From Takakia lepidozioides (lineage: Eukaryota > Plantae > Bryophyta), in assembly GCA_030704615.1 (NCBI GenBank), contig CM060734.1, forward strand, positions 55,304,001-55,368,000: 64,000 nucleotides of DNA. The letters run 5' to 3'. Of the stretch, positions 51,582 through 64,000 are shown piece after piece. The position numbers and the translations under genes were made by a program. The notes under the pieces were generated by a model. That model saw only the letters and a program-made list of their open reading frames with translations. It searched no databases and was not told the DNA's origin. The number at the start of each line of letters is the position of its first letter. The first letter of the stretch is position 1.

Positions 51582-51710
51582 CAATTCCCCAGTACCGTGT
51601 CTGTTTGGATTTCTCGGGGTTCTTCTCGGAGAGGAGGATTGCTGCAGCGAGAGTTTGTCTGTGACGTTTCGGGGAGGGGAGAGGAAGGAGGAAGGAGGGA
51701 TTATTGGACG

Positions 51711-54700
51711 ATGGAGACGCCGACGCAGCAGCATGCCAGTAGGGGCCGGCAAAAGGTATGACACTCTTGATTCTCATTCTCTGCTGTCGAAGTTTCTAGC
51801 AGTAGGGGTCTGCTGTATGTTGAATGGATTCGAACGAAAGAACGGACAACTCAGGTCCTGGATCAATAATTTTTCTTCGGTAAATTCCAGGACATCTCGT
51901 AGAAGAAGGAGTGAGAGGTGACAGTGGCATTGGATTTCGGTTACCCTCTGTGCTAGGGATGCTCATTGTGTGTCAAGAAGTATTGGACCTAGCGAAAGCT
52001 CACTTTCGTATTTTATTTCTGCCTACAGCTGTGCTGGCTACTTCCTGATTTACTTAGAGTTGGATTTCGACATTGCCTGGTGTCCCCTGATTGGTTTCTG
52101 ATCCACGAACCTGCATAGACTTGAGCTATGTGAGTCTGACTTGTTTTTATCCGAACAGAAAATCTGGGCCTGCTTGTGGTGATTTGACTGGCATTTGGCC
52201 TTTGACTGCAGCTGGAAGAGGTACGGAGGAAGAAAGCAGCGTCCTTGGCTTCTCCAGGTTGGTCTTCTCACTTTTTGAAAGCCTTCTAGTTCTGCACATT
52301 GGCCGTTTCTGCAGTCTTCCCATAGCTGCAAGCTTCTTTACATTTTTCGGGGAATTGTTGCTGGCTATGTCACTGACGAAAGTTTAGTACCATCATGAAC
52401 TTCTCTCAACAGTGGCTGTGCATGTCTCGTTGGAGGCTACACTTCCAGTTTGGACGCTCACCTACTTGATGGGTTATGACCCTTTGGATTTGGGCAGGAA
52501 ACAATGCCAGCAGCCACAGTGATGTGGAGGCGTTGTTGCGTCGGATCCAGAACCTTGAGGTGTATTCCCAGACATTTTCTCTTTGGATGTGTGACGTTTA
52601 TTTCAAGCTAGGCAAGTAACTTGACAACTAGTAATTTATCAGCTTAGGACTTGCACCTTGCCTGAGGTAATCAAGCTTGGGCAAAAGCCAGGACTTCCAC
52701 CATAAATTTGGCATGGCATTCAGGTAATTCTAAAGCAAGTGAACTGCTGTCTCTACTGCACCTTGCAGGAACTAGAATTATACCCTCCAGTGCTCTAACA
52801 GGTATACAAGCTCTCTTCCGTGTTACTTGGTTGTCGGAGCCAGCATTATTGACATACTGACCCTACATATACTCTTGCAGGGGGAAGTACAGAGGGAGCA
52901 GCAGAGAAGTGCAGACCTTTCAGCTCAGGTACTTCCTGGCCTTTTATAAAGTCTTGAAAAAGAAATCCAACATAAAATGATTGAACTTTAATCTGTCTTC
53001 AAGTATAACTGGAAGGGACCAAATCCAGAAAGTTGCAAATGAATTGCTGCTTCCCTCAACACTTAGTAGTAAGGGATAGGTCTTTGGTGCCACATTGTGA
53101 ATACAGGCCTTGCTATTAGCCAATTACTTGGTTTCATTGAGGATCTAATAACGACATTTTTTTATGGTTGCAATATGTTTCTCCCTGTCGCTGTTGTGTG
53201 CCTGACATATGTCCTGTTTAAATTGTTCATACTCTTTTGCTTAGAGGGTGCTTCTGTCATATTGGCCTACAATTCCTCACACTTCCGGTCTCTGGAGGTA
53301 GGCTGTCCATGTCGGTTGTCAGATGCAAAGAACAGGTCTGAAGCAAAAAGTTGCGTTGTACATGATATTATGGAAGAGTTGAGGACCGCATGCTTCTAGT
53401 CTGATGTCAATGCCAGCCCGTAATCCCCTACAACTGCATCATCGTAGCCTTTGTGTGAGCACTATGGTTGTTCCGGGCTGAGTCTCCCATATACCCTGGG
53501 TGCTGAAACGCCATAACCAGCTCCAGTAACATTCAATTGTCAACTTTGTCAAGGAATGGTGAATGAGGGGATCTCGCTGTTCCTCTTGATAGTATACAAA
53601 GAGGCTGTCAGATTTACTGGCTGAGTTCTTTTCTGTGGATGTGAGGTAGCTCCAAACAATAGAATCGGAGGCAGAGTTGCTGCAAAGGCAAAGGGAAGAG
53701 TCCATGGTGCAGAACATTTCAGATGATCTTACCCAGGCCTGCCTTCAAGTCTCCGAGGTGCTGCCTTTTTATTGTTAGCACCTCTGTAGTTCTTGGTCTG
53801 CAGTCTATTCCAACTGTTGTTCATTCTGCAGAAGAAGCTCTCCCTTCTCTGTTTCATCTGCTCTTCTTGATCTATTTACTTTGTTGTATTCCTTTTCTTT
53901 GCTGACTACCACAGAATTTGTGAATGGACAGGACGAGAAGTCTGTGGCCATATTGAGGAAGTCCTTAGAGAACGTTACAATGGAGAGGGATGCAGCCTTT
54001 GTTTCACGGGTATGTTGCATTTCGATCCTTTGATGTTGCTCCAACATAACAGCTGGCTTGTTTCATGTCCAAAGAATGGAAAAACTGTAGCTGTTTGGTA
54101 GTGATCTCTATCCAGTTGCTCATTATACTATAGGTGTGTTGAATTTGTTCAGAGGCTTTAATGCCTATATGTGCCAGTTGGGCAGTCGTGGGTAACTCAA
54201 AGCTGGGGGCTCTTGTTCCCACCGAGAAACTTCAACATTCTAGTCTGCAACACTCCATGTTCATCGTCTTATAAGTTCTATTTTGTTTGTCACTTGCCTG
54301 TTTGTGTTAAAGAAACTGTTGACTTCTTCCATTTCTTAACCAGCGTGAAAAGCTTTAGGTCTCACGATATGGAAACTTAGGGAGACGGTTGTGTTAAAGT
54401 CTTGGCTTGGATGGGGTTTAAGAGAAATCCGTATTTGTTGACACATCATTAATAACCCCAAAACAGTTATGATATGTATGTGGGTGTTTGCCAGTTTGCA
54501 TATCTATTTAGGGGGGCTTGCTTGGTAGAACCACTATTTGGTTCCTTGATTGCGTGTGACAGCATCGACAGGCTTCTGGATGGATTGGTGTGTTGAGTTT
54601 AAAAGATGCGTTGAGGCCAACATGGCGGTGGGTTGGGTCAAGTGCAGGAGGATATGGTGGCGCAGCTGCGAGTGGCAAGGAGAAGGCTTCAAGAGGCAGA

Positions 54701-57700
54701 GGATGAGCAGTACAAGGTACATGGCCACAATACTGTCTTTTATGAGCACTCCAGGGAGGAGCTGCCTTTTTCAGATATGGTCTTATAATGAGAAGACATC
54801 CTGGAATAATTTTCATTTAATTGATTCATTCTTCCAGTGACTTGGGGCTAAGCTGGGGTTATGACCCAGAGTTTTCGCAGTCCAACAAGAAGTCATTTGT
54901 GGAACTTTGGCTGGTAGTTGTGTACTTCACTTTTATGGCTAATAACAACAATTTTTTGCCATGAGCTGCATCCAACCACTAAGAAATAGGTGCTGGAGTG
55001 GACATAAAGATGTTATTTGATTTCATTAGGTCAGACTCCAAGTGCTACATCCTCAATCTCTGGTTTTGAATGCTGTAATGCCAGATAAGAAGCCTTGTTG
55101 TTCATTATCCTCCAGCGCATACACCTGTTTTTGTGTGCATGACTATAATGTGGGCTTGGCATAGATCATAATGTGATTGCATTGTCTAGGGTCTCAAATG
55201 ATGATCAACAAAACAGTTGAGTCTTGTATTGTTTGTATCTGCTGCCAGAATCTTGCATGGTTTTTTGTAGTGGATGGATAGCTTTCAAGCTAAGATTCAG
55301 AAAGTCCCTTACTTTCTTACTGGAAGAAGCTCCATCCCTCACAATATGGTGTCTGTCTACCACAAACAGGCAGAAGAAGATTCAGCAGTTTTGAGGGCAG
55401 AGCTAAAGGCACTTCAGCACAGTGATCAGCAAGCTGACAGCCTAGCAGCCTCATCTGAACAGCTGCGAAGTGCTGACCTCAAACTGGAACTCCAGGTGCC
55501 TCTCTCAAACATAGTGTGCGACATTGACTTTCACTACATCCCTGTCCAATGAATAGGTCATTAGGTCAATAGGTCCTGCCTTGGAGTACGGATCTGCAAT
55601 ATGGGTTGATAACTCCAACCAGGCTAAGTCTCTAGAATCCATTCAAATGGGGGTGCTTAAAGAGTGTATGTCAGCATGCTCCAAAACAGCCAATGTGGCT
55701 GTTCGGGGTGAGTTTGGCATTCCGTCCTTAAGCTCCCGACGAGATGAATTCAAGGTCAGATGGTGGGGTCAGCTGCAACATATGTCCAACACCAGATAGG
55801 ACCGCCCTGTCAAACAGGCTAAGTCCTGGCAGAAGAGAGTAGAAGAGATTCTCAAGGACCTGGACCTGGATCCGCAAGTCTTGACCCTGCTGGATAAATC
55901 TGACTTAGAGGCTGTAGTGTCCAAAGCCATGTCTGTTGCCATGAGATTGTCTGATGAAAATGAAGTTAGGCAGAAAACTTCCCTGAACTTGTTTCCAGTC
56001 AGTGACATGGGGGAGGACATCTTGGATGACCTCAAGGGTCTACCCACTCTCGGCACTAGACTGAAATTTAAACTCAGGGCAGGAAGCCTACCTTTGAACA
56101 GCAAACAGAAGCGGAGAGGAAAGGGAGAGTGCAATTGCCTGTTGTGTGGGCAATCTGAAGACAGTATTCATTTTCTGATACACTGTCCGGGGTTCTCTCA
56201 CCAAAGAGACGCTCTCTTCAAATCTATCAAGGGAATTGTGCCTGTACCCCTGTTTACCAACTTTGAAAGTCTCGAGGCTGAGCCAAAAGCCCAGGCCCTC
56301 GTTTTTGGGCAAATCACACACAGCAGATTGATGCTTGTGTGAAGGGATTTCTAGAGGATATCTGGAAAACCCGGATTAATTCTATATATGAAGGTAAGTC
56401 TTACTACCAACGTCAGCCCCTGACAGAGGTAGGTTCTGTCCCTTTTGTTCCCGCTCAAACTGGGCGCGGGGTCAATGGCCACAATGCTACGGCAAACAAC
56501 GTCTTATGAGTACAATTATCCAGGGGTTCTTTCCATGTAGGAGATGGCATTGAAACTTCAGCAAGAGCAGCAGAGGGTATCAGCAGAACGCCAGCATGTG
56601 GCTGCCTTGACTGCCGACAACCAGGAGCTTCAGAACCAGCTAATTGCGGCTAGTGCCAAATCATCTGGTGGGTTGTGTTCAATGTTGTTATGTTAGCGCA
56701 TGTACCATGCACATGATTGGATTTACGCAGGGTCATATGTGTTTTGCTTCAATGTCCTTTGGTTTTTATGGAGGTAATGCGCATTAATGTGGCATGTTAT
56801 GTGTGCATGCATGGACAGCTGGTAAATGTTACGCATTATGTCACTTTACTGTTCACCATTGCTGAACTGCAACAATTTGTTTGTCACAAAAACTGGTTAT
56901 GCATTACCTAGTCATGAATCTTGAAAAGCCTCACTAATCTTTTCAAGCTCTGCGGGTGATTTGGGGCTTAGTGGCATTGCCTTGGGTACGTCAAGTAAGC
57001 ATTAGGGTTGTGTATTTTGGACTCATGTTGACAGCACCATGGTAGGGTTTTGGACATATCCTCAGAAACCTTCACATGTGGCATTGTGACAGCATGCTTA
57101 TGAGTTGGGGTTCTTTGATTGCTCCAGAGATCGAGGAGACTGCTCAGTCCCAGAGTGTCACTTTGCCCTTCACAGAGGCATCGCGTGTGGACACAGCAAC
57201 ATCTACGGTGTGTTCAGTAGTGACCTTGAATTAACCATAGCTAAGATTGGAGAATTTCACTCATAACTACTCTGTAATCCTTGATTATCATAAACACTAC
57301 TAGCAATGTCAATCCCCACTTACCTGAGACAGTGAACTCTGCACCAGCAAGTTGTATTGCACAATGTTGTTGCATAGGGGGTTCTAATGGAAGCTAAACA
57401 TGGACCACGACATATGTAGTGTGGCACTCATATAGCTAAGAATCACGTCTCCCCATGACTAGAGTTTCTGAGTGTCCTGAAACGGTTACCTTTCTGCCCT
57501 CACATTGAGAAGCCGTTCTTCAAACACAAGCAAAACATATTCACTCTTAGAGCAGAGTTACAAGCCTGATCACCTTTAGTATGCTCATCAATATTTGGAT
57601 CTGACTGCCTCTTCCATAATATGGGATGGATGGATGCATTTGGTGTCACTTTTTCTCTAGGAAGATTTGGCTTCGTCATCGACTCTGTTCCCCCATGAAA

Positions 57701-60095
57701 AGCTTAAGGTGCAGCTTCCCCTCTTTCTCCCGGGTCTGTAGGCCCACTAACACGGGCAATGTCTGGCCAGAAACTAACTCATATGCGTTCCTTCTTGGTT
57801 GTTGCTGTGGTTTCTTACCACTCTGGTTTAATGTAAAGAAACTTATGGTGGTAGTTTATTTCCTGTGACCATAAATTTTCCCTGAGTAGTATATGCTGGG
57901 AGTTGTTGGACTGTGTCTCTAAGCCCAATAAACTGTAAACTTGGGACAGTGTTTCTAGGTTGGCAGTGAAATCTTCTATAATGAGTACCTTTTTAGCTCA
58001 ACCTTTTCAATAGGGAATATCAAATCCAGTTACCCCACTACAAATTTGCTATCGTACACATAGGTGAGTTTTGAGACTGCATGGTGTTGCAGCAAGGTAG
58101 GAGTGAGAACGAGCTTAAGCTACGGGAGCTTGCATCAATGGTTGAAAGACAGGAGCAGGGACGCCAAAAGCTACTCGCAGAGGTTACATATCTTGTGATT
58201 GTCTTTTGCTGGCGCAGAGTTGGTGGTAATATCTTGTGGGGTGTATGCTCATATTTCTTCACTTGTCCCCTTTCACATCCTTGTTTTTCTGTCACTTGAT
58301 GTCGTATGGACCAACTTGTTCTCAAGAGTGTTAATGAAATTGGGATGTGTATATTTCAATCAGTGATGATGAGACCCCCTTTGGTTGAAGCAGAAATGTC
58401 AGGAGTAAAGGTTATACACTATCCAAACACTACCAGAACACAGTCTCTAGTCAGTGACACAACCTGGCGATGCATGTCACTACAGGGAAACTCCTTTGAA
58501 CCACCAGACAGAATCTAAAGGCATGAATTGGCTTCCTATGCTTATGTTGCAGACTGATCAATATAGATACCCTATGACATGGGTACTCATGCTTGGGCGG
58601 TTCTGTGGGGGAAATCCGGCAGATAGATGCGCAATCCCTCGAGATTGAGAGGTTGTTTGTTGAGAATGAGGGGTTGCGTGGGAGTCTCAAGGAGACAACT
58701 GAAATTGCTGCACGATGGGAGGCTCAGGTAGTCGCTGTTAGATTGTTGGCCATCCATTCCCCAACATCTACCCTTGTTTTTAACTTATTCTTTATTTCCC
58801 ACTTGGTGGGAGATTGCTTGGCTATATGTTCCCCCACAATTCTGAGGCACAGACTGAAGTTGCATCGGCATCACAGTTGCTTAGAACATATTTATTGAGA
58901 TTCTCCTAAACATACACTTGCTTAAAGACAACACTGTTGATAAGGAACAACCTTGAGATTGACTGTTGTGTGGGTTGATGGGCAACAGGTGCAAGAGTGT
59001 CTTGAGCAGAATAGTGAATTAAGGACAAAGTTGAATCAGTTGCGCCTGGAGCAAACCTCCATGGCTGCTGCTATGGTCAAGCAGTCAGCAGGTATCAGCA
59101 CAAACCAATCCGGAGGGGCTGATGGTGGCAATGAGGGTACTTTGGAGCTAGAAGCTCTGAGAGCTGAGAAAGTCAACTTGAAGGTGTGCAATCGAGCCTC
59201 GTCTTTTTCCATAATGTTTCATGTTTTATCTGTCATGAATTAAGCAAAGATCTTATAGCTAGAGTTGGTACCAGTTCAGTTCATGACAGCAGCTGCTTAC
59301 CGGTTTGGCTACCAGATGGAAGGAAGGTCGCATGATATTGCTTGAGAGGCTAACTTACGTCTGTAGATTTGATAGCTTCTGATACAACACCATGGGTGGT
59401 TGGGGTGCAGAGTGACTTGGCCAAGGCAATGGCTCGAGCAGAGGAGTTGAGTGCACGGGTGGCACAGCTCTCTACTGATCTGAATCGTGCTGTTCAGGCT
59501 TTGACAAGCCTCAGCAGTCTGTATGATTCTGTTCTCTCCCATTTAATTTTATTGCCTCTCAACCAGTTAGTTATACCGATGGATGACCTTGAGCTCCACT
59601 CTTAAGACAACTCCTGAGGTTCTGGAACTTGGGGATGTGGCTTAAGGATTTCAGTTAACGTGTGTCATCTTCCTGCCTCTAGCCAAGAATAAAGAAGCAT
59701 ACCAGTTCTCACCTGTCTGGATTATTCTACTGTGAGTTTTCTCATGGCTCGGTATTGGTCATTGATGGTTCATGATTCAGACAAAACTAACTAAGAACTT
59801 TGTCACTATACTACCAGCAGTCAGTGTGGGCGAGGAGCAAAATGATCCGGATGATGTCTCTGCCACATTGATCAGCTTCTTGTTGGTTTTGTCATATGTT
59901 TACAACCCTTAGGCTGGTCGGTTATTGTGGTTATTTCTCTTAAGTATGTCATCACCATTTGATGCATCTCTTCAATCTGAAGCAAGATATGGTGGTGGAT
60001 GCAGGTACAAGCCTGTGCTATCTAGCATTGAAACTCGGTTACTGCAGTTGCGGCAAGATACCCATCTTCCAGAGGCATTGTTGTCTGGTCATTAA
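51711..60095 (+). CDS. Plant long coiled-coil (myosin-heavy-chain-related type) protein, ~15 exons
   Basis: METPTQQHASRGRQK|LEEVRRKKAA...ENVTMERDAAFVSR|EDMVAQLR...AEDEQYK|AEEDSAVLRAEL...IDAQSLEIERLFVEN...WEAQ|VQECLEQN...YKPVLSSIETRLLQLRQD*. From memory this resembles the Arabidopsis At5g59210 type. Confidence 0.85.
55570..56515 (+). mobile_element. 5'-truncated RTEX-like LINE in an intron of the coiled-coil gene
   Basis: LEYGSAIW...AVRGEFG...KLRAGSLPLN...CLLCGQSED; ends gagtacaa. Small aataggtc repeats at the 5' junction; no clear TSD. Confidence 0.9.
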
Positions 60096-60937
60096 CTGTC
60101 CTCCCATCTTTTGGAGGGTAAAATTAGTATCTCCAAGTATAATTTCACTTGGAGAACCCAGCAGGCAAAACATTTGTACCGCAGTTAAGATTAACAGTTG
60201 ATTCAACAACCAAGATCCTAGATTAAGCTGAGGTGTATGTATGAGTTTGCATACCAAAATAATGACATTTGTATATTTTGCAGACTATTGTCTTCTCAGT
60301 TTCTTTCCTAACTACATGAACTGTGACTTGTGTGTGGATGCTGATCATTTGACATGCCCTATGCATGATGGTTGCCAAATATGACTTAACTGTGTGCCTC
60401 GGTGCCTCTGTTTTCGTAGTTGTAAAATTATGAGTGCATACTGCATACATGTGGGTGCAGAATACAACTGTCTATTAGAGTTGTAAAGTGAATTTGATTC
60501 AATGCTTTAAATGTATGGGTGATTGTTCTCTCTTTGCAGTTTTGCAGCCCCCAGCCTCTGCCAGCTTCATGACTCTCTATGTACATGTTTACTCAGTTTC
60601 AAATCCTGGCTGCTTTGCATTCAGCTTAGAACTGGTTTTGGTAGAGCTGACTATGGATCAACCGAGCAAAGTGTATTTTGTTTCAGAGCCGTCACAGAAG
60701 CTGAATTGAGAAGATACAACTGCATATGACTAGACCCATGGTAATCCGCAACTCAAACGACCTTTGTATTCAAATTGTTTGAACAGATGCACTCTTTCGG
60801 GACTGTAGCCTGTATAAGGAAGCAAGAAAAACATGCTACTGAGGTCAGTGAGCATAGAATCACTGAGGATCCAAGAGCATGATGCACATCCAATTGTCTC
60901 CAGAAGTTGATGGCACTGTCAACCTGTCATGTTGGTA

Positions 60938-62770
60938 TCAGATACGATCCCGAGCGAACTTGACAGGCAACATGCTCGCCTTCGCTCCACGGAAATTTGC
61001 CCCTGTGGCGGTGACCTCCACAGTTGACCTCCCAAAATACATGTCAACAACCACCTTTGGCATTTCACCCAGCGTTGCTTTGCTGGATATGTTGATGCGG
61101 AAGTTCCCCTCCTTCTCGACTGCAGATTCCAGAACGTACTCTGGGTCCGGATCGGTGGTTGAGTAGAGCACAATCGACATCTCCTCCTGATTTTCCTTCA
61201 GTGGATTCAGAATCTGCCGAACACTGTAGTTCACTGGCACTTCTTCTCCCTTCCTGACAAACACTTGGAAGACGTTGTCGCAATATAAGTTGCCGTCATC
61301 ATCCTCCACCATGTAGGCCTTCGGATCTCCAGTCTGAAAGCGCCTCACAACCTTTACGCCGTAAGTCTTTCGAGATATTCGAGACTGCAAGAATTCGACG
61401 CCGGTGCCCAGGGTTACAGCTCCGCAGCATATTGCGCTGCCTGGCTCAGGTGGGCTGATTATCACCTTCACTCTTCGAGAGAACTTCCTGCGTATAACTT
61501 GCATCAAGTAAGGTGATGCTGCGAACCCGCCAACCACCATGATGGCTGCCATGTCGTTCACTATGCTCCCTGCTATCAGCTGCAATATTTTGTTGACGGT
61601 CGGATCGAAGATTCTCCTTAAATCTACAGCCGTCATCTCAATTTCATCGTAAGATTCTGGAGGTTTGTCAAACATGATTGATCGACCACTTACACGTCGG
61701 CCATGCTTTTCCCATGCAACAGCCAGACCACTTACACGTCGGTCATGCTTTTCCCATGCAACAGCCAGATCAGGCGGGATCGACAAATCGAAGGTACGTG
61801 ACCCACCATCAAATGCATGCTTATGATCCTCCCACATCGATTGAAGAGCGACGAGAATGGAAGGGTTCTTCCTTGCAAAAGCCTCGAAACAACCAATCTT
61901 CTCAGCTAGAAACTTGAAGAAGTCCTTGTCCACGAAGGTCCCACCGCACAGTGCCCCAGTGCTGCGGGTAACCTCCCGCACTTGCAAACTCAATCCCTCG
62001 CCAATCTTCTCGTGGACTACGAGATCCACAGTTCCCCCACCCACATCCACAACCAAGAATCGGTGTCCTGATGTCAATTTGAAGTCTTCGAGTTTGAGCT
62101 GACAATAAACCGAGGCTGCCTCCGGTTCCAAGACGATCATAGCAGGGTAGGGACTGCCTCCACTAGTAGGAGGACAAAGAGGTCCCTGGACCATTCCAGA
62201 AACCTCTAAGCACGTCTTCATCTGCTGTTTCGCGTGATCGTTCCAGATGACGGGAACTGTAACACACCACTGTATGTCATCCTTTGTTAGATGACCTCCG
62301 AATCTGGTCTGAACCTCTTGCAGAATAAACTCTGACAACTTGATCAAGTAGTCAGAGATTGCTCTTTGAGAGCTAATGCCTGGAGGTAGTGGTTCAGCTG
62401 AAGAGGGTCCCAGGCCATCCCCAGCGAGGTGTAGTTTGAACCTGGTCAGAAAATGCCCCACTGTCATACCCATATCTCTTTCGGCATTTTCAGAGTCGAT
62501 GCTCACTTGTGCTGCCCTTGAATACTTCACCATCGCCGGCCACCCCCAATCAACGAGCTCAAAAGAGTCCGGAGTCTCCCCTGGCATGTAGAAGAGGCTT
62601 GATTGCGTCTTGCAATACCGCGAGCCTCCTGCACTAGCCTGCATAGGCCAGTCATGGAATGTGTAAATTTTATCGGGCTCAGACCTATGAGAATACGCAA
62701 ATCCTGAGAACGTTGTACCAAAATCAAGACCAACTATGATCTTTGCTTCCTCTACCACTACTAGATCCAT
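60938..62770 (-). CDS. Intronless HSPA12-like Hsp70-superfamily protein
   Basis: IIVGLDFGTTFSGFAY; WCVTVPVIW; LEPEAAS; VVDVGGGTVDL; CGGTFVDKDF; VVGGFAASPYL. No EEVD tail; the likely ATG is at 62770. Confidence 0.9.
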   Translation of the reverse strand: MDLVVVEEAKIIVGLDFGTTFSGFAYSHRSEPDKIYTFHDWPMQASAGGSRYCKTQSSLFYMPGETPDSFELVDWGWPAMVKYSRAAQVSIDSENAERDMGMTVGHFLTRFKLHLAGDGLGPSSAEPLPPGISSQRAISDYLIKLSEFILQEVQTRFGGHLTKDDIQWCVTVPVIWNDHAKQQMKTCLEVSGMVQGPLCPPTSGGSPYPAMIVLEPEAASVYCQLKLEDFKLTSGHRFLVVDVGGGTVDLVVHEKIGEGLSLQVREVTRSTGALCGGTFVDKDFFKFLAEKIGCFEAFARKNPSILVALQSMWEDHKHAFDGGSRTFDLSIPPDLAVAWEKHDRRVSGLAVAWEKHGRRVSGRSIMFDKPPESYDEIEMTAVDLRRIFDPTVNKILQLIAGSIVNDMAAIMVVGGFAASPYLMQVIRRKFSRRVKVIISPPEPGSAICCGAVTLGTGVEFLQSRISRKTYGVKVVRRFQTGDPKAYMVEDDDGNLYCDNVFQVFVRKGEEVPVNYSVRQILNPLKENQEEMSIVLYSTTDPDPEYVLESAVEKEGNFRINISSKATLGEMPKVVVDMYFGRSTVEVTATGANFRGAKASMLPVKFARDRI

Positions 62771-63671
62771 TGCAATGGCTGCTCGTGCTCGCAAACTTGG
62801 CGTCCTAACACTGGACTCCTTCTCCCTCTCGCTCTACTCTCTTAGTGACTAATCTCACCCTCTCTCCTAAGTGATCTGGACTCCCAATTGCTGAGTGTAT
62901 ATCGTCAACGGGAGCTCTGAACGTATTTAAGTATGAACTAAGGCCGGCTCCAGATTTACAGTACAAAGGTTCACTGATTGTCTGAAGTCACAGAAATGAT
63001 TGCGAAGTAAGCTGCCAGCACCTAGTTAAAAGGTTAACTTTAAAGATGAATTGTAGGGGTGTTAGACCGGCCCAGTTACTCTGGAAATCCTTGGCGATGT
63101 ACAGCTAACATACTAATCCACTAATCTTTTAGTTCAGCAGGCAACTTCAATCCTGGTGAGAAAGTTTTGAAGAAATACTTCCAGATTGAGCTCCGGGGGG
63201 ATCAGCCCAGCAAGCTCTGTCTGAGTCATGATGTTATGCGCCACCATCGAGAACGTCGAGAGTGCACATCACCTGGCGGCGCCGCGCTGGAGCTAGTCGG
63301 GCCGTCTTTGTTTCTCAAGTGTCAACTTTTTCGCAAAGTGGCGTACTAGTGTAATCATCATGAAAGCCAAAAAAGCCCATCTCGTAAGGAGACCTAGATC
63401 TTCTGTTTTTGGGTTTGGCTGCGGACAGTGCAGAGTCACTCCAGTACAGCAGCGATCGCGTTGTCTAACAGTTAACTGCGAGCTGCAATCTGTTTGATAG
63501 CTAACCACTTCAGTACTTCGGCGGCCGTCGCACCGCATTTCACCATCTGGACTTCAAGTTAATTAGGCAAAATCGGTAGGTGTTCTGGCTCGACTGAAAT
63601 CATTCCACAGCAGCGTAATGTCGCCCTTGGGGCCAGGACCTTGACCTCAGTTGGTTGGGCATTATTGACCC

Positions 63672-64000
63672 TCATTCGCAGATCCCGGCACTTCTAACAG
63701 AGTGGATCTCAATTAATTCCCCGGTAAATTGGAAAGCGATGTTTGGCATTAAGACAGGGATCCTAAAATCTCTGGTTTCCAACTCGTTTCCTGTCGAAAC
63801 AAGTTTGTAAGCTACCGTATCTTGCCAGTCAATGCTTGCATGTTGGATATTGTCAACCATGCTCGGTCTGCTCTCTGTTGTTACTTGAAACATTGGAACA
63901 TTGCTTGCTGGACTGCCCTTTCGCAAATCACATCTAGAGGCTCTGGCTCTATCTTTGTTCCTTGCAAATGTGTGCAAAGAACGGAGAATGCTGGAGCTGG
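63672..64000 (-). other. Open reading frame of unknown nature, possibly the last exon of a gene beyond the window
   Basis: 101-codon ORF near the window edge with no recognised motif. Confidence 0.25.

Overview
Nuclear DNA of a land plant, probably a non-seed plant. That assignment is an inference from the intron-rich genes, PLS-PPR fragments, a Tcn1-like chromovirus, an HSPA12-like gene and an RTEX-like LINE. The first ~36.7 kb is a nest of transposons: an L1-like LINE 5' part, three distinct CACTA/En-Spm families (A, B, C), two chromodomain Gypsy elements and the 3' half of a Copia element. CACTA-B looks like a Pack-type element. It carries host fragments (PLS-PPR and three exons of mitochondrial-type EF-Tu with their introns) plus a spliced, decayed gene with three tandem FCP1/NIF (HAD) domains. 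The last ~27 kb holds ordinary host genes: an ALT-type hotdog thioesterase (+), an ARIADNE RBR E3 ligase (-), a plant coiled-coil protein (+) and an intronless HSPA12-like Hsp70 (-). An RTEX-like LINE with no poly(A) tail has left seven 3' ends in the window, and six of them abut TCT. One 40-bp copy replaced the thioesterase C-terminus in frame with the LINE's own last 11 codons. All family assignments come from motif recognition by eye; no database search was run.
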